Source of the DNA: an uncultured delta proteobacterium
GTDB lineage: Bacteria; Myxococcota; Kuafuiibacteriia; Kuafuiibacteriales; Kuafuiibacteriaceae
Assembly (NCBI GenBank): GCA_963803435.1
Contig: CAWDML010000001.1
Span: forward strand, 1,632,001 to 1,696,000
DNA: 64,000 nucleotides
Direction: 5' to 3'
A model generated the notes under the pieces. That model was not told the DNA's origin and made no database searches. It was given only the letters and a program-made list of their open reading frames with translations. Position 1 is the first letter of the stretch. Every line of letters starts with the position of its first letter. Positions 42,795-55,873 of the stretch are shown piece after piece. A program made the translations under genes and the position numbers.

Positions 42795-43577
42795 ATGCAT
42801 CGCGCAACCCTTGTGGGCGTCGCGCTCGCGAGCCTCACGCTCGCGGCCTGCGTCGACCCGAACGACATCAGTGAGATCAAGAAGAACCAGAAGCAGATCA
42901 TCGAGAAGCTCGATGAGATCGGGAAGAAAGGTCCGGCCGCACCGTCACCGCGACAACGGCCCATGCCGAGGCGTCCAGATCCCGCAAAGGTCTATTCGTT
43001 CGACGTCGGCAGCTCTCCGATCCGCGGCCCCTCGGACGCCTGGGTGACCATCGTCGAGGTCTCCGACTTCCAGTGCCCGTTCTGCGGGCGCGTCACGCCG
43101 ACCCTCAAGCAGGTCAAGGACAAGTATGGCGAGGACGTCCGCTTCGTCTACAAGCACAACCCGCTGAGCTTCCACCAGCGCGCGATGCCCGCCGCGGTCG
43201 CCGCCGAGTGCGCGCACGAGCAGGGCAAGTTCTGGGAGATGCACGACAAGCTCTTCAGCAACCAGCAGGCGCTCGAGGACGCGAACCTCGAGGGCTATGC
43301 GAAGGAGATCGGCCTCGACGTCGGCAAGTGGAAGAGCTGCTTCGCCGCCGGCACCCCCAAGGCGAAGATCTCGCAGGACCAGCGGATGGCCGCCACGCTC
43401 GGCGCCAACGGAACGCCCGCGTTCTACATCAACGGGCGCTTCCTCTCCGGCGCGCAGCCCTTCCCCGCCTTCGATCAGCTCGTGCAGGAGGAGCTACAGA
43501 AGGCGAAGTCGAGCGGCGTCGCGAAGAACGACTACTACCAGAAGGCCGTCATCGAGAAGGGTCTGAAGACCATCTGA
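42795..43577 (+). CDS. DsbA/thioredoxin-like lipoprotein (Cys form, CPFC)
   Basis: RBS GGAGG, lipobox LAAC, SDFQCPFC, GTPAFYING. Confidence 0.93.
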   Translation: MHRATLVGVALASLTLAACVDPNDISEIKKNQKQIIEKLDEIGKKGPAAPSPRQRPMPRRPDPAKVYSFDVGSSPIRGPSDAWVTIVEVSDFQCPFCGRVTPTLKQVKDKYGEDVRFVYKHNPLSFHQRAMPAAVAAECAHEQGKFWEMHDKLFSNQQALEDANLEGYAKEIGLDVGKWKSCFAAGTPKAKISQDQRMAATLGANGTPAFYINGRFLSGAQPFPAFDQLVQEELQKAKSSGVAKNDYYQKAVIEKGLKTI

Positions 43578-43586
43578 CCGCCGCTC

Positions 43587-43949
43587 TCACTTCAAGAATC
43601 GCCACGCCGCCCGGTTCCAGGGCTCGAAGATCGCCGCGACCCCGAGGGCGATCAGCAGGAAGCCGATGATCATGTTCGGCCGGATCGGCTCCTTCAGGTA
43701 GAGCACCAGAAAACCCACGAACACGGTCAGCGTGATCACCTCCTGGATCGTCTTGAGGTGCGCGGTCGTCAGTCCGGCGTCGCTCCCCATGCGGTTCGCC
43801 GGGACCTGGAGACAGTATTCGAAGAACGCGATGCCCCAGCTGACGATGATGACCAGGAGGAGCGCCTTCTGCTTGTAGCGGAGGTGCCCGTACCAGGCGA
43901 ACGTCATGAAGATGTTGGAGAGGGTGAGGAGACCGACGGTCTTCCACAT
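43587..43949 (-). CDS. Small DMT-superfamily membrane protein (DUF486-like)
   Basis: SNIFMTFAWYGHL, SWGIAFFEYCLQVPANR, LKTIQEVITL. Confidence 0.88.
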   Translation of the reverse strand: MWKTVGLLTLSNIFMTFAWYGHLRYKQKALLLVIIVSWGIAFFEYCLQVPANRMGSDAGLTTAHLKTIQEVITLTVFVGFLVLYLKEPIRPNMIIGFLLIALGVAAIFEPWNRAAWRFLK

Positions 43950-43964
43950 AGGCAGGCTCGCGAC

Positions 43965-45917
<1,953 letters not shown>

Positions 45918-45932
45918 TTGAATTCGTTCCGT

Positions 45933-47066
45933 CTACTCGATCGGCGGGGTTTTTCCAGGGCCTTTCCCGGCAACCTCTAATGTGACCCGCCTTTCGGCGG
46001 CCTGCAACACTGCATTGTCCCTAACATCGAAGACCCAGACGCGCTGCGTCTCCGACACGATCGGCGCGTCGGCGGATCGTAGAACGCCCGGCACCCAAAC
46101 CACCCGATCACCCTCGTCTACCACCAGCAGAGTCTGCGCCCTCGATTCCTGCGGCACGCCCGCCGCACGAAGCACTTCGGCCACTTTCGTCCGACCTTTC
46201 ATCCCGAACGGTTGAATTCGGTCGCCCGGTCGAAGATTGCGGATGGCCGGGTGCGGGAGCGCATCCGCGTCGAACATCGCCTGGGCCACGCCATCCGCGA
46301 TGGCGCCGCCCGTCCAGGCGGCACTGCGCATCGAGATCACAGGTCCCTCCCACCCGCCTTCGCTCGCCGGTGGGGTCGAACGCAGCAACACGTCTTCCGA
46401 GATCTGAACGCTTGACGGTGCGGTTCGCATCCGCGCGAGCCGCGCCGCAAAGCCGGAGCGGTAGCGGCGCTCGATCAGCGGGAGCAGCTCCTTGCGGATG
46501 CGGTTGCGCAGATAGCGCGGCTCCAGGTTGCTCGGATCCTCGCGCCATCTCAGCCCGCGGGAGGCTGCGTACAGTCCGACCTCCACACGTGGCACATCGA
46601 GCATCGGCCGGAGGATCCGATCGCGCCGGCGCTGGATGCCGCACAGCGCGTCCAGCGCGGTGTTGCGGAGGAGCTGGAGCATGAGGGTCTCGGCCTGATC
46701 GTCGGCCGTGTGGGCCGTGGCGATCAGCACCGCCTGGGCCCGCGCGCGCTGCGATTCGAGGGCTTCGTATCGGACCCGCCGAAGCTCGGCCTCGGCATCG
46801 CTCGCCGGTGAGACCACGTCGACGAGCGACGTCGCGCCCAGCTGCTGCGCCAGCGCGGCGACGAAGCCGGCGTCCTCGGCCGAGCCGGGGCGCACCCGAT
46901 GATCGACGTGGCCGAGGATCACCCGGCGTGCGCCCAGGAGCTCGGTGCAGGCGTGGGCCAGGACCACCGAGTCGCGCCCGCCCGAGCAGGCCACCAGGAC
47001 GCGGGCCTCGCCCGACCGAAGCACGCCCTCCGCGGACAACCAGCGCTCGACCTCCGCCAGGATCAT
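45933..47066 (-). CDS. tilS: tRNA(Ile)-lysidine synthetase
   Basis: CSGGRDS, HVDH, TAHTADDQAET, EDPSN, RNRIR; adjacent to ftsH. Confidence 0.93.
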   Translation of the reverse strand: MILAEVERWLSAEGVLRSGEARVLVACSGGRDSVVLAHACTELLGARRVILGHVDHRVRPGSAEDAGFVAALAQQLGATSLVDVVSPASDAEAELRRVRYEALESQRARAQAVLIATAHTADDQAETLMLQLLRNTALDALCGIQRRRDRILRPMLDVPRVEVGLYAASRGLRWREDPSNLEPRYLRNRIRKELLPLIERRYRSGFAARLARMRTAPSSVQISEDVLLRSTPPASEGGWEGPVISMRSAAWTGGAIADGVAQAMFDADALPHPAIRNLRPGDRIQPFGMKGRTKVAEVLRAAGVPQESRAQTLLVVDEGDRVVWVPGVLRSADAPIVSETQRVWVFDVRDNAVLQAAERRVTLEVAGKGPGKTPPIE

Positions 47067-47121
47067 GCGACCCTCCGAGTATGGTTGACCGGGGCCGAGC
47101 CTGAAAGCGAGGTTCGCGCGC

Positions 47122-48780
47122 ATGACCGCTCCCGTGATCCATCCGCCGACCGGCACCACCCTCTCCTGCAAGGGCTGGGTGCAAGAAGCCGCCTTCCGCA
47201 TGATCCAGCACAACCTCGACCCCGACGTCGCGGAGCGGCCGGACGATCTCGTCGTCTACGGAGGTACCGGAAAGGCGGCCCGAGACTGGCCGAGCTTTCA
47301 CCGGATCCTCGACTGCCTGAAGGCGCTCGAGGAAGACGAGACGCTCCTGGTCCAGTCGGGCAAGCCGGTCGGCGTCCTGCGCTCCCACCCGGACGCGCCG
47401 CGCGTGCTGATCGCGAACTCGAACCTGGTCGGCAAGTGGGCCACCTGGGACTGCTTCCGCGAGCTCGAGAAGAAGGGCCTGATCATGTACGGCCAGATGA
47501 CCGCCGGCTCCTGGATCTACATCGGAACGCAAGGCATCTTGCAGGGGACCTTCGAGACGTTCGCCGCGGCCGGGCGCACGCACTTCGGGACCGACGATCT
47601 GTCGGGGCGCTTCGTGCTCTCGGCGGGGCTCGGCGGCATGGGCGGCGCGCAGCCGCTGGCGGCGACGATGCTGGGCGCCGCCTTCCTGGGCGTCGAGGTC
47701 GATCCGGCGCGGATCCGCCGGCGCCTGGAGACGAGGTACCTCGACGAGGTGGCGAGCGATCTCGACGACGCGCTCCGCCGGATCGAGCGGGCGAAGGCCG
47801 AGCGGCGCCCGCTCTCGGTGGCGCTCGCGGGCAACGCCGCCGACGTCTATCCGGAGCTGGTGCGCCGCGGCGTCGTGCCGGACCTAGTGACCGACCAGAC
47901 CAGCGCGCACGATCCCTTGAACGGCTACGTCCCGCGGGGAATGTCCCTCGACGACGCCCTCGCCCTCCGGAAGCGCGACCCCGCGGGCTACGTCGCCGCC
48001 AGCACCGCCTCGATGGCGGCCCACGTGGAGGCGATGGTCGATCTCATGAAGCGCGGTTCCCACGTCTTCGACTACGGGAACAACATCCGCGCCTTCGCCC
48101 AGGAGGGCGGGTTCGCCGAGGCGTTCGCGTTCCCCGGGTTCGTGCCGGCGTATATCCGGCCGCTGTTCTGCGAGGGCCAGGGGCCCTTCCGGTGGGTGGC
48201 GCTCTCCGGCGATCCGGCGGACATCCGCGCCACCGAGGACGCGCTCTTGGCGGCGGTCCCGGACGTGCCGCACCTGTCGAGGTGGATCGGGCTCGCGCGG
48301 GAGAAGGTGCGATTCCAGGGGCTGCCGTCGCGGATCTGCTGGCTCGGCATGGGGCAGCGCGCCGAGGTCGGCGCAGCGTTCAACGCGCTGGTGAAGCGCG
48401 GCAAGGTGAAGGCGCCGATCGTGATCGGACGCGATCACCTCGACTGTGGGAGCGTGGCCTCGCCCAACCGCGAGACCGAGGCGATGCGGGACGGCAGCGA
48501 CGCCATCGCCGACTGGCCGATCCTCAACGCGCTGATCAACGCGGTGAACGGCGCCTGCTGGGTCTCGTTCCACCACGGAGGCGGCGTGGGCATCGGCTAC
48601 TCGCTGCACGCCGGCATGGTGATCGTCGCGGACGGCACCCCGGCGGCGGCCGCCCGGCTCGATCGCGTGCTCACCAGCGACCCGGGGATGGGCGTGCTCC
48701 GGCACGTGGACGCGGGCTATCCGGAGGCGGTCGAGACCGCGAAGCGCAACGGCGTGAAGATCCCAGGGCTGAGCCGGTGA
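47122..48780 (+). CDS. hutU: Urocanate hydratase
   Basis: [44 protein letters not shown]. Confidence 0.98.
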   Translation: MTAPVIHPPTGTTLSCKGWVQEAAFRMIQHNLDPDVAERPDDLVVYGGTGKAARDWPSFHRILDCLKALEEDETLLVQSGKPVGVLRSHPDAPRVLIANSNLVGKWATWDCFRELEKKGLIMYGQMTAGSWIYIGTQGILQGTFETFAAAGRTHFGTDDLSGRFVLSAGLGGMGGAQPLAATMLGAAFLGVEVDPARIRRRLETRYLDEVASDLDDALRRIERAKAERRPLSVALAGNAADVYPELVRRGVVPDLVTDQTSAHDPLNGYVPRGMSLDDALALRKRDPAGYVAASTASMAAHVEAMVDLMKRGSHVFDYGNNIRAFAQEGGFAEAFAFPGFVPAYIRPLFCEGQGPFRWVALSGDPADIRATEDALLAAVPDVPHLSRWIGLAREKVRFQGLPSRICWLGMGQRAEVGAAFNALVKRGKVKAPIVIGRDHLDCGSVASPNRETEAMRDGSDAIADWPILNALINAVNGACWVSFHHGGGVGIGYSLHAGMVIVADGTPAAAARLDRVLTSDPGMGVLRHVDAGYPEAVETAKRNGVKIPGLSR

Positions 48781-49535
48781 AGATCGATCTGTCGGATCGG
48801 GTCGTGCTGATCACGGGTGCGTCCCGCGGGATCGGCCGGGAGGCGGCCCGCCTGGTGGGCGAGGCCGGCGGCCGCGTGGGCGTGAACTATCATCGAAGCG
48901 CACGGGAAGCGGAGGCGCTGGTCGAGGAGATCGGCGCTGCGCGCGCAGTGGCCGTTCGGGCAGACATGGGCGAACCCGACCAGGTTCAGGCGATGATCCG
49001 ATCGGTCGAGGATCGGTTCGGACGGATCGACGTGCTGGTGAACAACGCGGCCGTCTTCAAAGAGAACCGCTTCGACGGCGACGACTATCTTCGCTGGCGT
49101 GCGGGCTGGGAGGCGACCTTCCGCGTCAACGTGTTCGGTGCTGCAAACGCGGCCTTTCTCGCCATGCACGCAATGCGAAAGCGCGGGGGAGGTCGCATCA
49201 TCAATGTCGCGTCCCGCGCGGCCTTTCGCGGAGAGACGGAGTTCGCCGATTACGGCGCGTCCAAGGCGGCCCTCGTCAACCTGACGCGCTCGATCGCGCG
49301 GGCCTGCGCGAAGGACGGGATCACGTCCGTGTGCGTCGCGCCCGGCTTCGTCGACACCGAGATGGCCGCCTCAGAGCTCGCGGCGGACTTCGAAGAGATC
49401 ATCCGTCAGATACCGCTTGGTCGGGTCGGCACCGTGCGAGACGTCGCCGCGCTCATCGTGTTCCTCGCGGCGCCGGTCTCCGAGTACCTCAACGGGACGA
49501 CCGTGGATCTCAACGGAGGCTCTTGGTTCCATTGA
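48777..49535 (+). CDS. Short-chain dehydrogenase/reductase
   Basis: [23 protein letters not shown]. Confidence 0.92.
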   Translation: MKIDLSDRVVLITGASRGIGREAARLVGEAGGRVGVNYHRSAREAEALVEEIGAARAVAVRADMGEPDQVQAMIRSVEDRFGRIDVLVNNAAVFKENRFDGDDYLRWRAGWEATFRVNVFGAANAAFLAMHAMRKRGGGRIINVASRAAFRGETEFADYGASKAALVNLTRSIARACAKDGITSVCVAPGFVDTEMAASELAADFEEIIRQIPLGRVGTVRDVAALIVFLAAPVSEYLNGTTVDLNGGSWFH

Positions 49536-49584
49536 GAAGGTCGTGTTAGAGCGCAGGCGCCCCAAGGGACGGGGAGGAAAAAGA

Positions 49585-52500
49585 ATGCTGCGCTCACGAT
49601 CATCACGCCTGAGACTCACAGTCTTACTCATCGCGAGCGTCGCCGGCTGCGGAGGGGACCGCCCCACCGCGCCTGCGGCGCAGCAGGACGCGGTCTTGGC
49701 CTCGACCAAGCTCTCGCCCGCCAACCCGACGCTGACCGCGCTCGCCAGCGCCGCCGGCGGCTATGTCAGCTCGGTGGACGCCGACGGCGTCCCCAGTTCA
49801 TCTGGGCCCTCGACCACCAGGCCGCCCGGCCCGGCGAGACGCCGCTCGCGGCGGCCCAGCACCATCTCGCCCGCTATGCCGCGGCGCTCGATCTCCGGTC
49901 GAGCGATCTCGACACGGCCGAGCTCCAGTTCCTCCGCGACATGGGTGAGGGCGGATTCCTCGCCAAGTGGCACCAGCGCGTCGCAGGCGTCGAGGTCTAC
50001 CCGGCCGAGATGGCCGTGCTCATGCGCAAGAACCTCGAGCTGGTCGCGATCAGCGGCCGGCTGCGCAGGGGCTCCGCGCCGCGCGCCGCGTTCGAGCTCT
50101 CGCCGGCGGCGGCCCTGGCGCTGGCCCTCGACACCCACCTGGGCGCGGGTCTGAACCCGGAGGACCTCCTCGAGGTCGCCACCACCGACGCCGGGCATCG
50201 CTTTCGCCTGGCGCCCGGTCCGATCCAGATGTCGGACTCCCGCGTGAAGCCCATCTTCTACGCACGCGGACAGCAGCTCACGCCGGCCTGGTTCGTCGAG
50301 TTCTACGCGGGGCCGAGCGGAAGCGTCGACACCGACGCCTATCGGTACATCCTCTCCGCCGTCGACGGCACCGTCCTCGACAAGCGCAACCTCTCCGCGA
50401 ACGAGGCGTACACGTTCCGCGTCTGGGCCGACCCGACCACGGGCCGCCCGCACGACGGCCCGACCATGGATCCGACGCCGCACCCGACCGGAATGCCCAA
50501 CGGGTACGTGCCGGCGATCATCGCGCCCGAGCTGGTCACGATCGACGGCTTCAACCGGTTCAACGACACCTGGCTCCCCAGCAATGCCACCGAGACCCGC
50601 GGCAACAACGTCGACGCCTACTCGGATCAGGGCGGCGCCGACGGCTATACGAACGGCGACCTCCGGGCGACGCGCACCGGACCGCGCACCTTCGATCGCA
50701 CGTTCGACGTCACGATGGATCCGATCGCCAACGAGGACCAGACCATGGCCTCGGTCGCGGAGATCTTCTACGTCACGAACTGGCTCCACGACTTCTGGTA
50801 CGACTCGGGCTTCGACGAGGCCTCCGGCAACGCGCAGGAGAACAACCTCGGCCGCGGCGGTGTAGCCGGCGATCCGCTGCATGCAGAAGCGCAGGACAAC
50901 GTCCTGGGCGGCTCGCGCAACAACGCGAACATGTCGACGCCCTCCGACGGCATGTCCCCGCGCATGCAGATGTACTCGTGGACCGGCGCGGAGACGGCGC
51001 GGATCACGCTGACGCCGGGCGGTGAGATCCAGGCCGGCACCGCGGGCGGCTTCGGCGCGGTCAACTTCGACCTCACCGCGCAGATCGTCGAGGGTCTCGA
51101 CGGCTCCGGCACCACCACCGACGGGTGCGAGCCGATCACGAACAACGTCTTCGGCCGGATCGCGCTGGTCGATCGCGGCACCTGCACCTTCACGCAGAAG
51201 GCGGCGAACGTGCAGGCCGCCGGCGCGGTCGGCATCATCATCGCCGACAACGCGCCGCGGCCCTTCCCGCCCGGCCTGGGCGGCGCCGACCCGTCGATCA
51301 CCATCGTGGTCCTCTCGGTGCTGCAGTCGGACGGTACGGCCATCCGGACCGCGCTCGGCAACGGTCCGGTCACGGGCAACATGTTCCGGCAGGTCGATGT
51401 CGATCGCGACGGCGGGCTCGACCACACCGTCGTGGCCCACGAGTGGGGCCACTACCTGCACCACCGCCTCGCGGACTGCGGAAATACGCAGTGCGCCGCG
51501 ATGTCCGAAGGCTGGGCCGACTGGAACTCGATCTACATGGCGCTGGCCGACGGCGACGATCTGGACGGCGCGTTCCCGAGCGGTGTCTGGGCCACCTACG
51601 ACAGCCCCGACTCCTCGTACTTCGGCATCCGGCGCGTCACCTACAGCGCGGACCTCAGCCGGAACGCGCTGACGCTCGGCGCCATCTCCGACGACGCCAC
51701 GCTCCCCACCACGGCGCCGATCCAGGACTTCGGAAACAACTCCGAGGTCCACAACGCCGGCGAGGTCTGGTGCACGATGATGTTCCAGGCCTACACCGCG
51801 CTGGTCCGCACGCGCACGTCGACCGGCGCCACGTTCGCCGAGGTCCAGCGTCTGATGGGCGACTACGTGGTGGCCGGCCTGCAGATCACGCCCCGCGACG
51901 CCACCTACACGGAGCAGCGCGACGCCATCCTGGCCGCCGCGTTCGCCCGCAGCCCCTCCGACATGATGGCGATGGCCGACGCCTTCGCCCTCCGCGGCGC
52001 AGGCAGCTGTGCCCTGTCGCCGCCTCGCGACTCGGAGGACTTCATCGGCGTCTCGGAGAGCTTCACCCTCAACCCGAACCTGGCGCTCGGGACGGTCTCG
52101 TTCGACGAGAGCGTCCGCTCCTGCGATCAGGACGGCATCCTCGACGCCGACGAGACCGGACGCGTGCGGGTCACCGTCGCCAACGGCGGGCCCGTCGCCC
52201 TCTCCGGCGCCTCGGTCACCCTCACCTCCACCTCCGCGGGCGTCTCGTTCCCCGGCGGCGCCAGCTTCCCGATCGCCGACCTGGAGCCCTTCAGCTCGAC
52301 GCAGGTCGAGCTCCAGATCGCCCTCGACAAGACGCTCAGCGGCATGAGCTCGCTGGTGCTGGGCGTGCGCCTCGACGCCCCCGGCTCCTGCCAGACCACG
52401 ATGACCAGCACCGTGATCTCGCGCGTGAACTACGACGAGGTCGGCGGCACCACGACCGACGATGTCGAGAGCCGCGGTTCGCCCTGGACCACCACCGGCG

Positions 52501-54242
52501 AGCTGGCGGCGGACGCCTGGGCTCGCAGCCAGGTGGCGCCGTTCGACCACGCCTGGGTGGGGACGGATCTCGGGACCACCAGCGACACCTCGCTGGAATC
52601 GCCACCGCTCATGGTGAGCGCGACCGAGTCGTTCGTGTTCTCGTTCGACCAGCGCTACGAGTTCGAGGCCGACGACATCTTCTGGGATGGCGGCGTCATC
52701 GAGGTCAGCACCGACGGCGGGCAGAACTGGGATGACCTGTCGACCTACGTGGATCCGGGGTACGGCGGCGAGCTCACCGACATCAGCGGCAATCCGCTGG
52801 CGCTTCGGATGGCGTACGTCGGCACCAGCAGCACCTGGCCGGACCGCAACCGGGTCGCGTTCGACCTCGGCACGCAGCTGGCGGGACAGACGGTGCAGAT
52901 CCGCTTCCGCATCGGCACCGACGCGGGCGCGGGCCGCTACGGATGGGAGATCGACAACCTCGACTTCCAGGGGATCACGAACGCGCCGTTCGAGACGATC
53001 GGCGAGGACGTGGGCGCCTGCCCGATCGAGCTCCTGGCAGACGCCGGCCCCGATCAGACGGTCGACCCGGCGCAGATCGTGGATCTCGACGGCACCGCCA
53101 GCCGGAGCTTCTCGAACCTGCCGCTGACCTACGCCTGGTCGCAGTCTGCCGGTCCGACGGTGACGCTCACCGGCGGCGACACCGCCACCCCGCGCTTCGC
53201 CGCGCCGACCCGCCAGGTGGAGACGACGCTGACGTTCCTGCTCACGATCGGGGACGGCGTCTCGACCGCGACCGACTCCGTCGACATCACCGTCCGGCCC
53301 GGAGCGGCCGCGGTGGTGACGGCGAACGCCGGCCTCGATCAGACGGTCGATCCCACCAGCGAGGTGGTGCTCGACGGCTCCGGCAGCACCACCACGGGCG
53401 CCGATCCGCTGACCTACGCGTGGACGCAGACCGCCGGTACACCGGCCGTCACGCTCACGGGTGCCGACGGTCCGGTCGCGCGCTTCACCGCGCCGGCTCC
53501 GGACGTCAACGCGACGCTGACGTTCGACCTCTCGGTGAGCGACGGCGTCAACACCGCGGTCGACACCGTGGTCATCACCGTCCGCGGCGCCGCCCTCTCG
53601 GCGGACGCCGGACCGGATCAGACGGCCGACGCGGGCACGCTCGTGATCCTCGACGGCTCCCAGAGCCGGAGCGCCGCCGGGCTGCCGCTCACGTTCGCGT
53701 GGGCGCAGACCGACGGCCCGAGCGCCACGATCACCAACGCCGACGGCGCCGTGGCCCGCTTCGAGGCTCCCGCGGTCGACGCCGACACCGTGCTCACGTT
53801 CGAGCTCACGGTCGGCGACGGCACCCGGATGGCCACGGACTCGGTGGAGATCACGGTGCGCGCCGCGGGCCTGACCGCGGACGCCGGTGCGGATCAGACG
53901 GTCAACGCGAAGGACAAGGTCGCCCTCGACGGCTCTCGGAGCCAGGGCAACAACCTCACCTACGCGTGGGCCCAGACCGCAGGCCCGATGGTCACGCTGT
54001 CGAGCCCGGCCAGCGCCGTCACCACGTTCACCGCCCCGATGAACGCGACGACGCTGACCTTCGAGCTGACCGTGAGCGACGGCGCGGCGATGGCGACCGA
54101 CACGGTGACCATCACCGTCCGCGCCGCCACCGACGAGGGCGGCTGCGGCTGCTCGACGACGCACACCGGCACCGAGGGCAGCGCCTGGGCCATCCTGGCC
54201 CTGGCCGGCCTCGGGATGATCTTCCGCCGCCGCCGCCACTGA
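49585..54242 (+). CDS. M36 (fungalysin-like) metallopeptidase with PA domain, four PKD-like repeats and MYXO-CTERM-type tail; frameshifted at ~49791
   Basis: Lipobox VAGC; NNANMSTP.DG..PRMQMY, DRGTCTF..K (PA domain), HEWGH, MSEGWAD, EVHNAGEVW; GGCGC + TM + RRRR; adding one C at 49791-94 joins the leader to the main ORF. Confidence 0.88.
53035..54125 (+). repeat. Four tandem PKD/REJ-like Ig repeats of ~92-95 aa (coding)
   Basis: A(D/N)AG.DQT...LDG..S...LT(Y/F)AW.Q..G...LTF.L...DG...D.V.ITVR repeated four times. Confidence 0.88.
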
Positions 54243-54253
54243 GACTCGCGGAC

Positions 54254-54284
54254 CGAGAAGCCGGGCCCCGCGCCTGGCTTCTCG
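54254..54284. terminator. Hairpin between convergent genes, possible bidirectional terminator
   Basis: CGAGAAGCC...GGCTTCTCG 9-bp inverted repeat; no U-tract. Confidence 0.45.
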
Positions 54285-54294
54285 CGCCCGATCC

Positions 54295-55866
54295 CTACGG
54301 CGCCCGCGTCGCCTTCTCCGTCATCCACCCGATCAGATCCTGCATCACCACCTCGTCGATCCTCCGCCCGGCGTCGGCGTAGCGGGCGGGGGTGGAGGTG
54401 CCGGACTCCTGCTTGAGGAGGTGATCGACGAACTCGTAGGCGAAGAGCTTCGCCTGCTTCTTGGGGAAGGCGTCGGCCATGGGCTTGCCGTCCGCGCGCC
54501 AGGAGATCTCGAAGTCCTTGAAGCCCTGGAAGATGGCGACCGGCTCCGCGACCGCCTTCAAGACCGAGGGAAGGTCGAGCGATCGATACCCGGCGGCCCG
54601 GGCGGCGAACGGCTCGTCGAGGTCGGCGAGCTCCGAGGGCGAGGCGGCGTGGCCGAGGAGGGCAGCGGCGCGGTCCGCGAGGACCAGGTCGACGGGGCGG
54701 AACGGGGGCGCGATCAGGATGACGCCCGTGAGGTCCTCGACGGCGGCGGTGCGGAGGGCGTCGAGGGCGCCAAAGCCGTGGCCGATGAGGAAGATGTGCT
54801 CGGGGTCGACGGCGGGCTGGCGGCGCAGGGCGTCGATCATCGCGCGGGCGTCGGCGATCTGGAGTTCGGCGGTGACACGCTCCGGCGGGATCGTGGAGCT
54901 GGAGGCGCCGACGCCGCGATCGTCGACGCGGAGCACCGCGAAGCCCTGCTCGGCCAGCTGATCGAAGATCTGCCAGGTCCCGTAGTCGGCGCCCCCGGTG
55001 TAGCCGTGCCGGTTTTGGGGCGGGAGATCGGAGAGGAAGACGATGCCGGGTGCCAGGTTCTTCTTCCATTGAGCGCGGAGGCGGGGCTCGGAGAGGACGC
55101 CCGCGAGCTGTCCGCCTTCGACGGGGATGACGATCTGCTTGTCGAGCCAGCTCGCATCGCTCGGGCGCATGTACTCGCGCAACTGCGGGATGGGGAGCAG
55201 CGCCGGCGGATCGCCGGCCGGCTCGACGCGGCGGAGGCGACGTCCGTCGGGACGCACCAGCTCCGCGATCTGGCCGCGGGCGTCGAGCGTAGCCTTGCCG
55301 AAGGGGAGCTGGACCACGGTGCGGCGCTCGGGGTCGGCATAGACCTGGACCGTCCACTCCGTCGGCGCGCCCGCGTCGGGAGCGAAGATCGAGAGCTTCT
55401 TGGTCTGGCCGGGGTGGATCTCCGCCTTCTCGATGACGAGCGCGAGGAGGACCGGATCGTCGCTGGGCAGCAGCGCGCCGGAGAGCGGGGGGAGCCGCTC
55501 GGTGCCGAGGTCGGTGACGCGCGTGACGCTGTTCGCCTCGAACGTCAGCGTCATCCGGCCCTCCGACGAGGAGAGGCGCTTGAACGCGGTCGGGGAGAGA
55601 TCGGACGCGAGCGTCGTCGCGTACTCGACGGTGGTCGTGACCGGCGTGCCCAGAGCGATGCGGGTGACGACCGTCCGCTGACCCGCCGACGCGTCGTACC
55701 GGCTGTGCACGCGCCCGAGCACCCGGCCGTCGGCGCTCTCGAGCGTGTAGGCGACGGCCTCGTTGGGCAGGAAGAGCGCCGCGCTCGACGGCGGCTCGAC
55801 GTCGGGCGCCGGGGTCTGTCCGCCCCCGCAGGCCGCGAGGATGCCGAGGAAGGCCCAACGTCTCAT
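54295..55866 (-). CDS. Alpha/beta-hydrolase-fold lipoprotein
   Basis: Lipobox LAAC; VLRVDDRGVGAS; nucleophile elbow reads GHGFG; C-terminal DHLL. Confidence 0.8.
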   Translation of the reverse strand: MRRWAFLGILAACGGGQTPAPDVEPPSSAALFLPNEAVAYTLESADGRVLGRVHSRYDASAGQRTVVTRIALGTPVTTTVEYATTLASDLSPTAFKRLSSSEGRMTLTFEANSVTRVTDLGTERLPPLSGALLPSDDPVLLALVIEKAEIHPGQTKKLSIFAPDAGAPTEWTVQVYADPERRTVVQLPFGKATLDARGQIAELVRPDGRRLRRVEPAGDPPALLPIPQLREYMRPSDASWLDKQIVIPVEGGQLAGVLSEPRLRAQWKKNLAPGIVFLSDLPPQNRHGYTGGADYGTWQIFDQLAEQGFAVLRVDDRGVGASSSTIPPERVTAELQIADARAMIDALRRQPAVDPEHIFLIGHGFGALDALRTAAVEDLTGVILIAPPFRPVDLVLADRAAALLGHAASPSELADLDEPFAARAAGYRSLDLPSVLKAVAEPVAIFQGFKDFEISWRADGKPMADAFPKKQAKLFAYEFVDHLLKQESGTSTPARYADAGRRIDEVVMQDLIGWMTEKATRAP

Positions 55867-55873
55867 CGGCCGC

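Noticed and set aside
53035-54125. Regularly spaced nucleotide repeats resembling an array
   Set aside because: Degenerate ~280-bp coding PKD-like repeats, not CRISPR; no cas genes or identical short repeats seen in the window
49761-54239. Very long antisense ORFs opposite real genes (also 7461-9260, 38987-41950, 43758-45980)
   Set aside because: Expected shadow ORFs from GC3 bias; no motifs
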